64,000 bases of DNA, taken from Flavobacteriales bacterium (lineage in GTDB: Bacteria; Bacteroidota; Bacteroidia; Flavobacteriales; UBA7312). The notes below the pieces were generated by a model, which saw only the letters and a program-made list of their open reading frames with translations, was not told where the DNA came from and made no database searches. A program made the translations under genes and the position numbers. The DNA is taken from NCBI GenBank assembly GCA_965277895.1, contig CBDIDR010000001.1:512430-576429 (forward strand), read 5' to 3'. Positions 49,301-58,012 of this stretch are shown here, one piece after another. Positions within the stretch are counted from its first letter, which is position 1; each line of letters begins with the position of its first letter.

Positions 49301-50481
49301 GAGGCTGGCTGACTAACCGAACAGATTTAAACCAATTCTTTAAACTCACCAACAGCGAAACAGTAAACTTAAGAGGTACACTTGAGCCAGCTAAAGGCTT
49401 CAGAATAGAGCTTACGGCAAATAGAACCAAAACAAATAATTCTCAAGAGATATTTAGGTATGATGATTTGGTGAACGACTATCAATCTTTCAATGCGATA
49501 GAAAATGGAAGTCATAGTATCTCATTTATTAGTTGGAATACTGCTTTTATTCGCGATGCTGAAAACCATTCAAATCAGACTTTCCAAGAATTTAGAAACA
49601 ACAGAATTGCTATTGCCAATAGGCTAGCAAATGAAAACCCTTATGATAACTCAATTGTTGATAGTACTGGCTTTCCATTAGGTTATCAAAGCACCTCACA
49701 AGAAGTTTTGATTCCAGCATTTTTAGCGGCTTATGCTGGCAAAAATCCATCCACTGTCAGCCTAAATAAATTCCCGAATATACCAATGCCAAATTGGAGA
49801 ATAAATTTTGATGGACTTAGAAATGTAAAATGGATTAAAAAACGCTTGAATAATATTATTCTTAGCCATTCATACCAATCAACTTACAGTGTTGGTAATT
49901 ATGTTACAAGTTTAGACTATGAACAAGGATTTGAGGACTGGCCAAATGAAGTCAATGAAGCAACTTTAAACTACTATGATAAGTATGAAATTAATCAAGT
50001 AACGTTAAGAGAAAGTCTTAACCCTTTAATTAAAGTGGATATGACATTCAAAAATAGCTTGACGACTCGTTTTGAAATCAAAAAGGAACGAACACTTAAC
50101 CTTGGTTTGAGTAATAATCAGCTAACGGAAAGAGCCTCTAACGAATTGATTATTGGTACGGGCTATAGAATTAAAGAATTAACATTCAATGTAAAAGCGG
50201 CAGGAAGAGCCAAAAAAATCAGCTCCGACCTAGATTTAAAGTTAGACTTTTCAATACGTTCAAACAAAGTAGTTATTAGAAAGCTTGAGGAGAATTTAGA
50301 GGAAATAACAGGAGGGAATAGTGTGTTGTCTATGAAATTTACCGCTGATTATGTGGTAAGTAGCCGATTTAATTTACGTCTATTCTTCGACAAAGTAATG
50401 ACAAATCCATATGTATCAAATAGCTTTCCATCCGCCGTTACAAATGGAGGATTTAGTGTGAGATTTACCTTAGCACAATAG
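43282..50481 (+). CDS. sprA: T9SS translocon / cell-surface gliding protein SprA (Sov family)
   Basis: ~2400 aa with an N-terminal signal (ALWCFLLFLALSNSLFAQ) and beta-rich sequence throughout. The order ruvA-sprA-gcvH is recalled from flavobacteria. The start is uncertain: TTG 43282 overlaps ruvA by 29 nt, and GTG 43345 is an alternative. Confidence 0.85.
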   Translation: MLKEYLKKCNIFGGLILRNQIVIYRHLIFKRALWCFLLFLALSNSLFAQNESDSLIFDFPDSEPWESPLDEQNSGFYFSTPSFLQPTIEYDPESKLYSVEHENNGLRLSNSSYLTFDEYNDYNIQKSISEYWKEKTASPKLNEGNQNKGPLSIDIGGEIFDKIFGNSTVDIRPQGSAELIFSVKHNKTQNNALPLDRQSNTSFDFKQKIQMNVIGKIGDKLQLNTNYNTEAIFDFDNKIKLEYEGEEDEIIKKIEIGNVGLPLNGTLISGSQSLLGLKTQLQFGRATVTTIISQQKSNSKVIDVEGGAQTTEFDIYADQYEANKHFFLSHYFREQYNEAMSNLPFISSPINITKIEVWVTNKTGTVENNRNLLAFLDLGESASDMYNTTLFSDNADQSFPDNDNNTLYQQMLSEGINLRNINQVNSIFNTSNYPDFLGSQDYEKLERARLLSPTEYTFHPQLGYISLNSVIGPDEVLAVAYQYTVGNEIYQVGEFSSNGPSAPSSLYVKLLKNLSFSPLLPNWDLMMKNIYSLGAYNISAKEFYLDVVFENTRDNGTITNYIPEEGLESRPLINLLSLDQLDVQQERRADGIFDFLPGTTILTSNGKIIFPILEPFGDDLRSKFDNNDIANQYVYDELYDSTLTIAQQFPEYNKFRLKGSYQSESGAEIYLGVFSIEQGSVVVTAGGLRLEEGKDFTVNYSMGKVNIINEGILLSGTPIRIAVESQSLGLQQKTLVGTHVDYRISDDFMLGGTILNLTEKPYSKKVNTGDEPISNTIWGLDGTYRRESSLLTKIVDFLPILETKEKSTLTAQGEFAHLIPGHQRAIGESGTAYIDDFEASSTGIDIKNPGAWFLASLPNDPNIFPESMLENQAPRLGNINTGANRALLSWYNIDPTFYRNSSTTPSHIANDDNQLSDHNVREVLEKEVFPNKDPQYATQVSNLPVLNLYFDPTERGPYNYDTENITTSGLLLDPEQRWAGIMRKLETTDFETQNIEFVEFWLMDPFNEDSDNQNGGTLMLNLGNVSEDVLRDGFKSFENGLPSSTELVNVDDTSSVWGRMPTTFALTNSFDVDAESREFQDVGLDGLRDVDERTFFDTAYIQKIGDVYGTTSQAYSLALEDPSSDNYNYFLGDDLDDVSASILNRYKYFSGIDGNSAIPNPTPTMSTTIPNTEDINFDNTLNESESYYHYNIPIYPNMQVGESYITDIQESVAKTPNGNRVIKWYQFKVPVQQADKVVGSIRDFKSIRFIRMLLKDFEEPVVLRFATLELVRGEWRRYNFDLKTEGEYVPNDNVSNTSFDVSVVNIEENGEKVPIPYVLPPGIEQEVDNTTTYVRRQNEQSLVLKVCDLEDGDSRAAYKTFNNDFRTYKRLKMYVHAEASGENELDLADDDLSLFIRLGTDFNDNYYEYEIPLKVTPWGVSKLDDELIWPTANELNIAFEELLDEKKLRNKAVRDGNHSSTTDPFSRAGSRITVVGNPNLSKVKTIMLGIRNPKKGQPNSSSFDDGSTKCGEVWLNELRLTDFDERGGYAANGRINARLADFANVNLTGSMSTIGFGTIDQSLTARQKYDAYQYDFSSSFALGNFFGQKANIKVPMYIGVSESIQNPQYNPLDPDITLKASLDELETKEEKDVLKEIAQDLTKRKSINFTNVRKNKSNSTSKKSRIYDLENFSTTYSRNETFSRNSSLKERTTVTSKMSLNYSYSSKPKNIKPFQKVKLFKNKYFALIRDFNFYTLPKSITFQTDLDRYYNKTQFRNLNNPDFILSPFYNKAFVWNRNYSVKYDLTRTLKTEFKVRNTASIDEPLGELVKSDPYYSVKRDSVWNNILNFGRPTLYHHSINASYNVPLSKFPLTSWINMNTKYTANYDWLSAPLSIQSLGNTIQNSNNKQVNTTFNFTQLYNKVPFLKKLNKPNPRRASRTSARVVQLPNEVQDTVKTSIKDVINTLLRTTMLVRNVSISYRQNQGIVMPGFTKKPHFFGQDWDAMAPGIPFALGSQDIDIRELSTQGGWLTNRTDLNQFFKLTNSETVNLRGTLEPAKGFRIELTANRTKTNNSQEIFRYDDLVNDYQSFNAIENGSHSISFISWNTAFIRDAENHSNQTFQEFRNNRIAIANRLANENPYDNSIVDSTGFPLGYQSTSQEVLIPAFLAAYAGKNPSTVSLNKFPNIPMPNWRINFDGLRNVKWIKKRLNNIILSHSYQSTYSVGNYVTSLDYEQGFEDWPNEVNEATLNYYDKYEINQVTLRESLNPLIKVDMTFKNSLTTRFEIKKERTLNLGLSNNQLTERASNELIIGTGYRIKELTFNVKAAGRAKKISSDLDLKLDFSIRSNKVVIRKLEENLEEITGGNSVLSMKFTADYVVSSRFNLRLFFDKVMTNPYVSNSFPSAVTNGGFSVRFTLAQ

Positions 50482-50504
50482 AAAAACAATACGACAAATT
50501 GTTG

Positions 50505-50512
50505 TATTTTTG
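50505..50512 (+). promoter_or_regulatory. Candidate -7 promoter box (TATTTTTG) for gcvH
   Basis: Matches TAnnTTTG, 21 nt upstream of ATG 50534. Confidence 0.3.
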
Positions 50513-50533
50513 CACCAATAAAATTTTAAAAAC

Positions 50534-50911
50534 ATGAATATTCCAGCTGAATTAAAGTATACTAAAGATCACGAATGGGTAAGAATTGAAGGTGATGAAG
50601 CGGTAGTAGGAATCACGGATTTTGCACAAAGCGAATTGGGTGATATCGTTTTCGTTGAAATTGAAACGGAAGGCGAAACTATTGACAAAGAAGAAGTTTT
50701 TGGAACAGTAGAAGCTGTAAAAACCGTATCGGACTTATTCATGCCGCTTTCTGGAGAAATATTGACCTTTAACCCTGATTTGGAAGATGCTCCAGAAACC
50801 GTAAATTCAGACCCTTATGGTGCAGGCTGGATGATTCGTATAAAGCTATCTGATACTTCAGAATTAGATGGTTTGTTATCTGCTGATGATTACAAGGATT
50901 TGATTCATTAA
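50534..50911 (+). CDS. gcvH: Glycine cleavage system protein H
   Basis: 125 aa. YTKDHEWV, and the lipoyl-lysine motif VEAVKTVSD. Confidence 0.95.
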   Translation: MNIPAELKYTKDHEWVRIEGDEAVVGITDFAQSELGDIVFVEIETEGETIDKEEVFGTVEAVKTVSDLFMPLSGEILTFNPDLEDAPETVNSDPYGAGWMIRIKLSDTSELDGLLSADDYKDLIH

Positions 50912-51288
50912 TGCGTTACACTTTCGCTATATCATGGTTAGTGTTAATAGCGATACTACACGCACTTCCTGGTGACGATATCTCAAAATTTGATTTTTTG
51001 AATAGGCTACATATCGATAAGTTAGTTCATGCCACGCTTTTTATGATTGCTTTTATCTTATTAGCATATGCTGATAAAAGGCAATATAATTTAACCTCAT
51101 TCCGTTATACGATAGTAGGCTTAGCCATGTACGGTCTTGCTTTAGAATATTCTCAAGGCTATTTTTTTGAAAATAGAAGCATGGATATCTTTGATTGGCT
51201 AGCTGATATTTGTGGAATTTTGATAGGCATTTTACTTTTTCGTAAAATTCCCTTTTCAACCTCAACCACTTCTTGTAAAAAAGTTTAA
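50911..51288 (+). CDS. VanZ family membrane protein
   Basis: 125 aa with four hydrophobic segments and the VanZ-like DKLVHATLF...EYSQ...D..DWLADICG pattern. Overlaps the gcvH stop by 1 nt. Confidence 0.65.
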   Translation: MRYTFAISWLVLIAILHALPGDDISKFDFLNRLHIDKLVHATLFMIAFILLAYADKRQYNLTSFRYTIVGLAMYGLALEYSQGYFFENRSMDIFDWLADICGILIGILLFRKIPFSTSTTSCKKV

Positions 51289-51313
51289 ATTTGTTGAGTA
51301 ACATTTATTGAAT

Positions 51314-51985
51314 ATGGACCCAAAGAAAAATCCTAAAGTCGATTTAGAGAAAAAAAGAGGCTTATTTATGCAAATAGGTTTGGCTTTATCTCTTTTGATA
51401 GTTCTTGGTGCTTTTGAATACAGAACTTATGAAAAAGTAGTGTCTTCTCTTGGTGACTTAATTTTAGAGGCTGATTTCGAAGAAGAAATCGAGAATACCT
51501 TTAGAGAAGAAAAACCACCTCCACCTCCACCTCCACCACCAGATGAAATCGTTATCGTTGAAAACGAAGAGGAAATTGAAGAAACGATTATTGAAGAAAC
51601 GGAGTCAGATGAAGATTTAGAAGTTATTGAAGAAGAGGAAGAGACAACAGATGAGGTCTTTATGGTCGTTGAGGATATGCCTCGATTCGAAGGGTGTTCT
51701 GATGAAATATGTACTCAAACTAAAATAATGCAGTTCATCGCCAGAAAAACAAAGTATCCACCAATTGCTAAGGAAAACAATATTACTGGAAGGGTGTTTG
51801 TCAGTTTTGTAGTTGATAAAACAGGCTCGGTAACAAATGTTAAAATTCTTAGAGGTGTAGACAAATACCTAGATGCTGAGGCGGTTAGAGTTGTAAAAAG
51901 CCTTCCTAAGTTTAGGCCAGGAAAGCAAAGAGGAAAACCCGTAAAGGTGCAATACAACGTGCCAATCAGCTTTAGACTAAACTAA
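51314..51985 (+). CDS. TonB-family energy transducer
   Basis: N-terminal anchor, a 9-codon proline tract (51515-51541), an acidic linker, and a C-terminal TonB domain (GRVFVSFVVDKTGSVTNVKILRG...QRGKPVKVQYNVPISF). Confidence 0.75.
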   Translation: MDPKKNPKVDLEKKRGLFMQIGLALSLLIVLGAFEYRTYEKVVSSLGDLILEADFEEEIENTFREEKPPPPPPPPPDEIVIVENEEEIEETIIEETESDEDLEVIEEEEETTDEVFMVVEDMPRFEGCSDEICTQTKIMQFIARKTKYPPIAKENNITGRVFVSFVVDKTGSVTNVKILRGVDKYLDAEAVRVVKSLPKFRPGKQRGKPVKVQYNVPISFRLN

Positions 51986-52006
51986 GTTTTAATTAATAAT
52001 TTTAAG

Positions 52007-52035
52007 AGGCTTGTCATTTTTGGCAAGCCTTTTTT
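52007..52035 (+). terminator. Strong rho-independent terminator
   Basis: AGGCTTGTCA (52007-52016) pairs with TGGCAAGCCT (52021-52030) across a TTTT loop, followed by a T-run through 52035. Confidence 0.85.
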
Positions 52036-52085
52036 AGTGTCCATAAAAAAAGTATTTTTATAGACTTTACCAATTCAGAGCATTT

Positions 52086-52835
52086 ATGACTGATTCTATT
52101 ACTGGTTTTTTCGATTCTACCTATCTAAAAACATCCGAGCAACAACATATTTCGGAAGAAGAAAATATAGCTAATGTCACTTCTGTAATCAATGAAGCCA
52201 TTGACTATAAATTCAAACTTGTAATGATACGTCAGTCGTACATTTCACTAGCTAGAAAGTTAATATCAGCTAAAGAAAGCAACGTTCTTATTGGAACCGT
52301 CATCGATTTTCCTTTAGGAGATTCGCCTTACCAACAAAAGCTCGATGAAATACAATCAGCTATTAATTTGGGAGTAGACGAAATAGATATAGTCATAAAC
52401 TACAACAGTTTTATCAATTGCAATATTTCAGAAATTACCGATGAGGTTTTACTGTGCACGTCCTTATGTCTTAAAAATGGCAAAATAGCGAAGTGGATTA
52501 TTGAGTCTGCTGCCCTAACAAACGATGAAATATCATCAATTTGTACCCTTATTAAGAATACTGTCATTGAAAATTTTGGCACTCAAAAAGCCAATGATGT
52601 TTTTGTAAAATCCTCAACAGGTTTTTTTAAAACTATTGACGGAAGTCCCAGTGGTGCGACAGCTGAAGGAATTGAAATTATGGTAAAATATTCATCTCCT
52701 TTACCAGTGAAGGCATCAGGAGGAATTCGCAATAGAGAAGATGCCAACCGTATGATTAATCTAGGAGTTAAACGACTTGGGACATCTTCGGCACTTAAAA
52801 TTTTTAAAGGCCTAGAAAGCAATTCTGATTATTAG
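52086..52835 (+). CDS. deoC: Deoxyribose-phosphate aldolase (DeoC/DERA family)
   Basis: The DERA catalytic context is conserved: EIDIVIN, KWIIE, the Schiff-base Lys in VFVKSSTGF, and VKASGGIR. Confidence 0.8.
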   Translation: MTDSITGFFDSTYLKTSEQQHISEEENIANVTSVINEAIDYKFKLVMIRQSYISLARKLISAKESNVLIGTVIDFPLGDSPYQQKLDEIQSAINLGVDEIDIVINYNSFINCNISEITDEVLLCTSLCLKNGKIAKWIIESAALTNDEISSICTLIKNTVIENFGTQKANDVFVKSSTGFFKTIDGSPSGATAEGIEIMVKYSSPLPVKASGGIRNREDANRMINLGVKRLGTSSALKIFKGLESNSDY

Positions 52836-52853
52836 TAATTCAAGAAGTATTCA

Positions 52854-54185
52854 TTGAATAAAATTAGAACATATCTAAAAAGTTTGTACGATGATGTCCA
52901 TTTGATGGAGTTATTGAGAGGAGCTTCAAGTACTTTAATGATAAAATTATTTGGACTTGTTGTAGGCTATGGCTTTGCAATTTACATAACCAATAAGTAC
53001 GGAGCGTTTGTGTTTGGGCAGTATGTAACGGCTTTATTGGTGGTAGAAATATTGAGTATTATTTCGAGGTTAGGAATCGACACTTCACTAGTTAGATTTA
53101 TTTCAAAATATGCTAAGAACGGCTCGGTAAATTTGATTAATCAGTTATATTTCAAATCGGTTGCACTAGTCACTTTTTCCGCTATTTTCTTCACTTTACT
53201 CTTATTGTTTTTTTCTGTTGAAATAGCAGAATTTATGAACCTCAACAGAGATTATTTGTTAGTAGTTTCATTTTCCTTTATTCCTTTGGTGCTATTTTAT
53301 ATGAATGTTCAGGCGATACGTGGACTAAAAAAAATGTTGTCGTATTCATTTCTAAATAATGTAGCGATTACATTAGGTGTATTCATCCTATTGGTAATGT
53401 TTTCTATGTTTACCACATCGGAGATGCTACCTATTTATGCTTATGTTTCAAGTGTATTCATTCTTACATTATTATCCTATTTTTTATGGTTCAATCACAA
53501 AGCAAAAGTTAGTGTAGAGAATATCGTTAATGAGGAGCCATTGTCAACTAATGAATTACTTACCACTTCGTTTCCGCTATTGCTTGGGCAATCGATGATG
53601 ATAATTATGGGAAAAGTGGATTTATTTATGTTGGCAAATATTAGTGGTTCAGTTCAAGTAGGGATATATAATATTGCCCTGAAATTATCAATGTTATCAT
53701 ACATGGGGCTTATGGCAGTGAATAGTATTGCTGCTCCGAAATTTTCTGAAATACATTCTACTGGAGATATAGAAGCACTAAAAAAGATAGTTCAACAATC
53801 CACTAAAACAATTTTTTGGGTGAGCATCCCTGTACTAACCATATTATTACTTTTCCCAGAATACATTTTGAGTGTTTTTGGCGATGAGTTTAAAGTAGCA
53901 TCTTATACTTTGATCATATTGTCTATAGGTAAAATGTTTAGTGCAATTTCGGGTTCTGTAGGTACATTTTTACAAATGGTTGGCAAGCAAAAAGTATTTC
54001 AAAACATACTTATCTTAGCAGCAATCATTAATGTAGGTTTAAATTATTTGCTGATACCTATTTATTGTATTGGTGGAGCAGCCATAGCAAGTGCAGTTTC
54101 TGGAATATTTTGGAATGCGTTGATGATAATTTATATTAAAAAGAATTTCGGTTTTTATACCATATATATACCTTGGATTAAATGA
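52854..54185 (+). CDS. Wzx-like oligosaccharide flippase (polysaccharide biosynthesis / MOP superfamily)
   Basis: 443-aa polytopic protein (about 12 hydrophobic segments) and first membrane protein of a glycan cluster. The TTG start is uncertain. Confidence 0.65.
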   Translation: MNKIRTYLKSLYDDVHLMELLRGASSTLMIKLFGLVVGYGFAIYITNKYGAFVFGQYVTALLVVEILSIISRLGIDTSLVRFISKYAKNGSVNLINQLYFKSVALVTFSAIFFTLLLLFFSVEIAEFMNLNRDYLLVVSFSFIPLVLFYMNVQAIRGLKKMLSYSFLNNVAITLGVFILLVMFSMFTTSEMLPIYAYVSSVFILTLLSYFLWFNHKAKVSVENIVNEEPLSTNELLTTSFPLLLGQSMMIIMGKVDLFMLANISGSVQVGIYNIALKLSMLSYMGLMAVNSIAAPKFSEIHSTGDIEALKKIVQQSTKTIFWVSIPVLTILLLFPEYILSVFGDEFKVASYTLIILSIGKMFSAISGSVGTFLQMVGKQKVFQNILILAAIINVGLNYLLIPIYCIGGAAIASAVSGIFWNALMIIYIKKNFGFYTIYIPWIK

Positions 54186-55105
54186 TAAAGTATCCTAATT
54201 TTTTTATTGTTGGAGCTCCAAAGTCAGGAACGACTTCGCTTTATCATTATTTGAAGCAGCACCCTGATATATCTATTCCAGAGAAAGAGCCCAGATATTT
54301 CATTAAAGATTCAATTCTTGGGGTATCAGAGGAAGATCCAATAAAACCCTATCTGCTACGCAGTTCTATTCTAGATGAAAACGAATATTTTGACCTATAT
54401 AAAGACAAGACGGAAAAGATTTTGTGTGACTCCAGTACTCAGTATTTGTTTCATCATGACGAGGTTATCCCAAAGATTAAAGCCTTGGAGAATGAACCCA
54501 AAATATTAATCTTATTGAGAAACCCAATCGATAGAGCATATTCGAATTATCAGCACAATCTATCAACATTTGAGAATCTAAGTTTTGAAGAAGCTATTAA
54601 TCAAGAGCAACAACGCTCGGACAAAAAATTTAATTCCTTTTGGTATTATCAAGGCTTAAGTTTGTATTCTAATCAGGTTAGAGCCTATCAAAAAGAATTT
54701 AAAGATGTTAAAGTCTTATTTTTTGAAAATTTCATAAAAGATATCAATGGAACACTGTCAGATATCTTTGACTTTTTAGAAATAGATTCCTCTTTTGAGC
54801 CATCTAACTTTATGGTGAACAAGAAGAGTACAGGTGTTCCAAAAAGAAAATGGGTGAATTCTCTGTTGCAATATTTTTCAGGACTTTCATTTCTAAAAAA
54901 CAGTTTTTATAGACTTTTTGGAAAGGAGAAAACTAAACTCATCAGAGAGTTGGTTATGCGAAAAAACTTAACTAAAACAAAGAAGGGAATTGATGATAAG
55001 CTTAGACTACAATTAGAATCTTTTTTCTTGGATGACGTGAATAAATTAAAAGAGATATTAAATTTACAGAATGTCAATTGGCTGAATAATGGAAAGGATT
55101 CATAA
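54182..55105 (+). CDS. PAPS-dependent sulfotransferase (copy 1)
   Basis: 5'-PSB motif GAPKSGTTSL near the N-terminus and a 3'-PB-like LLRNPIDRAYSNY. ATGA overlap with the flippase gene. Confidence 0.8.
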   Translation: MIKYPNFFIVGAPKSGTTSLYHYLKQHPDISIPEKEPRYFIKDSILGVSEEDPIKPYLLRSSILDENEYFDLYKDKTEKILCDSSTQYLFHHDEVIPKIKALENEPKILILLRNPIDRAYSNYQHNLSTFENLSFEEAINQEQQRSDKKFNSFWYYQGLSLYSNQVRAYQKEFKDVKVLFFENFIKDINGTLSDIFDFLEIDSSFEPSNFMVNKKSTGVPKRKWVNSLLQYFSGLSFLKNSFYRLFGKEKTKLIRELVMRKNLTKTKKGIDDKLRLQLESFFLDDVNKLKEILNLQNVNWLNNGKDS

Positions 55106-55670
55106 TTTTTTAAAAAAGATTTATGATAAAGTATTCACTCTACTTTATCGAAGCTCATTCAAAAAACTGGGTAGGAAGTCAATGCTGTGTATGCCTTTTA
55201 GTATTAATGGGGCTAAATATATGTCTATTGAATCTGAAGTTTACATAAAGCCCAACTCTTGGCTTCTTGCTGTTGAAGAAGATGGTTCACCGAATGAAAA
55301 GCTAAGTATAGGAGCTAAAACATATATTGGAAGAAATGTACATATTGTTGCTCTAAGAGGAGTTCATATCTCAAGTAATGTGTTGATAAGTGATAATGTT
55401 TATTTAGCTGACAACTATCACCATTTTAAAGATGGAAATAAGCCTTATAAAGAGCAAGGCATTGGATTTAAAAAGGAAGTACTAATAGGTGATGGAACAT
55501 GGTTAGGAGAAAATGTATGCGTATTATCCTCACACATTGGAAAGCAGTGTATTATAGGAGCTAATTCTGTTGTTACAAAAGATATTCCTGATTATTCGAT
55601 GGCGGTGGGGACTCCCGCAAAAGTGATTAAGAAATTTGATCAAACAACAAATACTTGGATTGAAGTATAG
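55089..55670 (+). CDS. Hexapeptide-repeat (left-handed beta-helix) O-acetyltransferase
   Basis: C-terminal hexapeptide run IGDGTWLGENVCVLSSHIGKQCIIGANSVVTKDIPDYSMAVGTPAKVI. Confidence 0.8.
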   Translation: MERIHNFLKKIYDKVFTLLYRSSFKKLGRKSMLCMPFSINGAKYMSIESEVYIKPNSWLLAVEEDGSPNEKLSIGAKTYIGRNVHIVALRGVHISSNVLISDNVYLADNYHHFKDGNKPYKEQGIGFKKEVLIGDGTWLGENVCVLSSHIGKQCIIGANSVVTKDIPDYSMAVGTPAKVIKKFDQTTNTWIEV

Positions 55671-55673
55671 TAA

Positions 55674-56894
55674 ATGGAAATTGACTTAAAAAAATATAAC
55701 TTTAACTGGTTCCCTATGCTACTGCTCTTATTATCAGGAGGGACTTTAGGTTTTGTATTTTTTAGAAAGGAGTTACTTTTCGTAATCTTCTTTCTCTTCT
55801 TAATTCTATTTTTTATCCGTGGCTTATATAAAAATGAGCTTGCTAAGTTCTTTCAATTATTTGGTTTATTTACATCACTCCTATTAGTTAATTTTTATTT
55901 TGCTGATGTTGAGCAATCTATTCAAAAGTTATTTGCAAATCTTTTAGTATTTACATCTTCAATTTTTGCGGCTCTATACTACTCAAGAGAAGAGAATAAA
56001 AGTAAATTCATTTCACATGTACGGACTATATTGAAGTTTGTTTTGATTCATAGCCTAATCAACTTTTTTATTTATCCATATATTGAGCTTAACTTGACCG
56101 AAATTAGTACTGAAAGGTATGATTGCCTAACATATAATTACTTGTTTTATTATTTAGGAGAAACACACCTCATTAACTTTTCTACATTTGAAATTGCACG
56201 AAATCAGGGCATCTTTTGGGAGCCTGGGATATTGCAAATCTTTATGAACCTCTTGCTATTTATAGAAGCTTTCATTTTGAAAAAAAGAGGACTAGTTTTT
56301 TGGCTATCTATACTGTCAATTGTTAGCACATTTTCTACAACAGGCTTATTAGTGATGTTTATTCAGTTGATTTTATATTTCTTCAACACCTTTAAGCAAA
56401 ATGTATATATATCCATTCTTGTTTTTGGTGTGATAGGCGTGATTTATGTTATTACTGCAGCAAATGTTCAGAATAAAATTTCTGGTGACGGACAAGTATC
56501 TTTTCAGGCAAGGTTATTTGATTTAGTACAGCCACTGTATATACTTGCGGATCATCCGCTAACTGGAGTAGGTTTAGATGACGAACAATATGTTAGTACT
56601 CGACAAAACACATCATATTCATTAAACCTTAATGCAGTTGATTTTACAAACAGAAAAAAAGGATCGACAAATTCGGTAAGCTTTTTTCTAGCCGCTGCAG
56701 GAATTCCTTTTTTCATTGTTGTGTTCTACATGCTTTATTCTCAGCAGTTCATTTTGGAAAAACGGTTATGGTTTTTTATATTTATAGTAATTTCTTTGAT
56801 GTCAGAGCCGTTATTACTTAGGCCTTTTTTCTTAACCTTTGTGATGTCTGGAACGATACATTTTTTTGAAAAATTCAGATGGAAAGAATATTAA
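55674..56894 (+). CDS. Wzy-like O-antigen/repeat-unit polymerase (or ligase-family) membrane protein
   Basis: 406-aa polytopic protein with a larger loop near residues 270-330, located inside the glycan cluster. No soluble-enzyme motif. Confidence 0.55.
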   Translation: MEIDLKKYNFNWFPMLLLLLSGGTLGFVFFRKELLFVIFFLFLILFFIRGLYKNELAKFFQLFGLFTSLLLVNFYFADVEQSIQKLFANLLVFTSSIFAALYYSREENKSKFISHVRTILKFVLIHSLINFFIYPYIELNLTEISTERYDCLTYNYLFYYLGETHLINFSTFEIARNQGIFWEPGILQIFMNLLLFIEAFILKKRGLVFWLSILSIVSTFSTTGLLVMFIQLILYFFNTFKQNVYISILVFGVIGVIYVITAANVQNKISGDGQVSFQARLFDLVQPLYILADHPLTGVGLDDEQYVSTRQNTSYSLNLNAVDFTNRKKGSTNSVSFFLAAAGIPFFIVVFYMLYSQQFILEKRLWFFIFIVISLMSEPLLLRPFFLTFVMSGTIHFFEKFRWKEY

Positions 56895-58012
56895 TTACAG
56901 GAGGAGCGGGTTTTATTGGCTCTCGATTAAGCTTGTGCTTAGTTGAGCAAGGATATGAAGTAACTGTTTTGGACAATCTTTCGAAACAGATTCACTCTGA
57001 TGCCCCTGAGCAGTCGTTTTTATATAATTCCATAAAAGATAAGGTTAGTTTTATTAATGGTGATGTGCGTAGCCTTTCCGATTGGCAAAAAGCGATTGAT
57101 GGGAATGATGTTATTGTGCACTTAGCTGCTGAAACGGGGACAGGTCAGTCTATGTATCAAATAGACAAATATGTTGAGGTTAATTGCGGTGGAACAGCCA
57201 AAATGCTAGATGTATTAGCAAACTCTCAGCACAACGTAAGAAAAGTAATAGTTGCTTCATCAAGGGCTATTTATGGAGAAGGTAAATATCTATGCGAAAA
57301 ACATGGAGAAGTCTTTCCAGAAAGAAGAAATCAAAGTAATTTAGATAGCGGAAAGTTTGAGTGTAAATGCAACCATTGTGGTGGTGAGTTGGAGCTGATG
57401 CCAACGGACGAAAATTCAAAAATTCATCCTGAATCAATTTATGGGATTACAAAAAGTAATCAAGAGCAAATGGTATTGATGAGTTGTGAAAGCTTGAACA
57501 TATCTGCTGTGGCTCTTAGGTATCAGAATGTATACGGGCCAGGTCAATCACTGACAAATCCTTACACTGGCATACTATCCATTTTTTCAACTCGAATACT
57601 GAATAATAATTCAATTAATGTGTTCGAAGATGGTGAAGAAAGTAGAGATTTCGTCTATATTGATGATGTGATTGATGCTACTATACTGGCCATTCAAAAG
57701 GATATCAAAAATAATATAGCTCTTAATGTTGGTTCAGGAGTTTCAACAACTGTAAAGTATTTAGCGGACAGTCTAAAAAAGCTGTACGATTCTGATATTG
57801 AGATCAACATTTCAGGAGATTATAGAATAGGAGATATTCGTCACAATAAAGCGGATATTAAAAAAGTAAAAGAAGTATTAGGTTACAGCCCAAAAATGTC
57901 TTTTGAAGTTGGCCTTAGAAACTTTGTTGACTGGGTAAAGCGTCAAGAAATACAATCAGATAATTACGAGGAGTCTATTACTGAAATGAAGAAAAAAGGC
58001 TTAATGAAATGA
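56879..58012 (+). CDS. NAD-dependent sugar epimerase/dehydratase (extended SDR) with a Cys-rich insertion
   Basis: Rossmann motif TGGAGFIGS and catalytic YGITK. A ~45-aa insert, LCEKHG...ECKCNHCGG, lies between the catalytic Ser region and the YxxxK. Confidence 0.85.
   Translation: MERILITGGAGFIGSRLSLCLVEQGYEVTVLDNLSKQIHSDAPEQSFLYNSIKDKVSFINGDVRSLSDWQKAIDGNDVIVHLAAETGTGQSMYQIDKYVEVNCGGTAKMLDVLANSQHNVRKVIVASSRAIYGEGKYLCEKHGEVFPERRNQSNLDSGKFECKCNHCGGELELMPTDENSKIHPESIYGITKSNQEQMVLMSCESLNISAVALRYQNVYGPGQSLTNPYTGILSIFSTRILNNNSINVFEDGEESRDFVYIDDVIDATILAIQKDIKNNIALNVGSGVSTTVKYLADSLKKLYDSDIEINISGDYRIGDIRHNKADIKKVKEVLGYSPKMSFEVGLRNFVDWVKRQEIQSDNYEESITEMKKKGLMK

Noticed and set aside
51515-51541. (CCACCT)n-like hexanucleotide/proline-codon tract, considered as a possible contingency (phase- or length-variable) repeat.
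   Set aside because: It encodes the proline-rich spacer typical of TonB proteins, and length changes in units of 3 or 6 nt would stay in frame. There is no evidence of an on/off switch.
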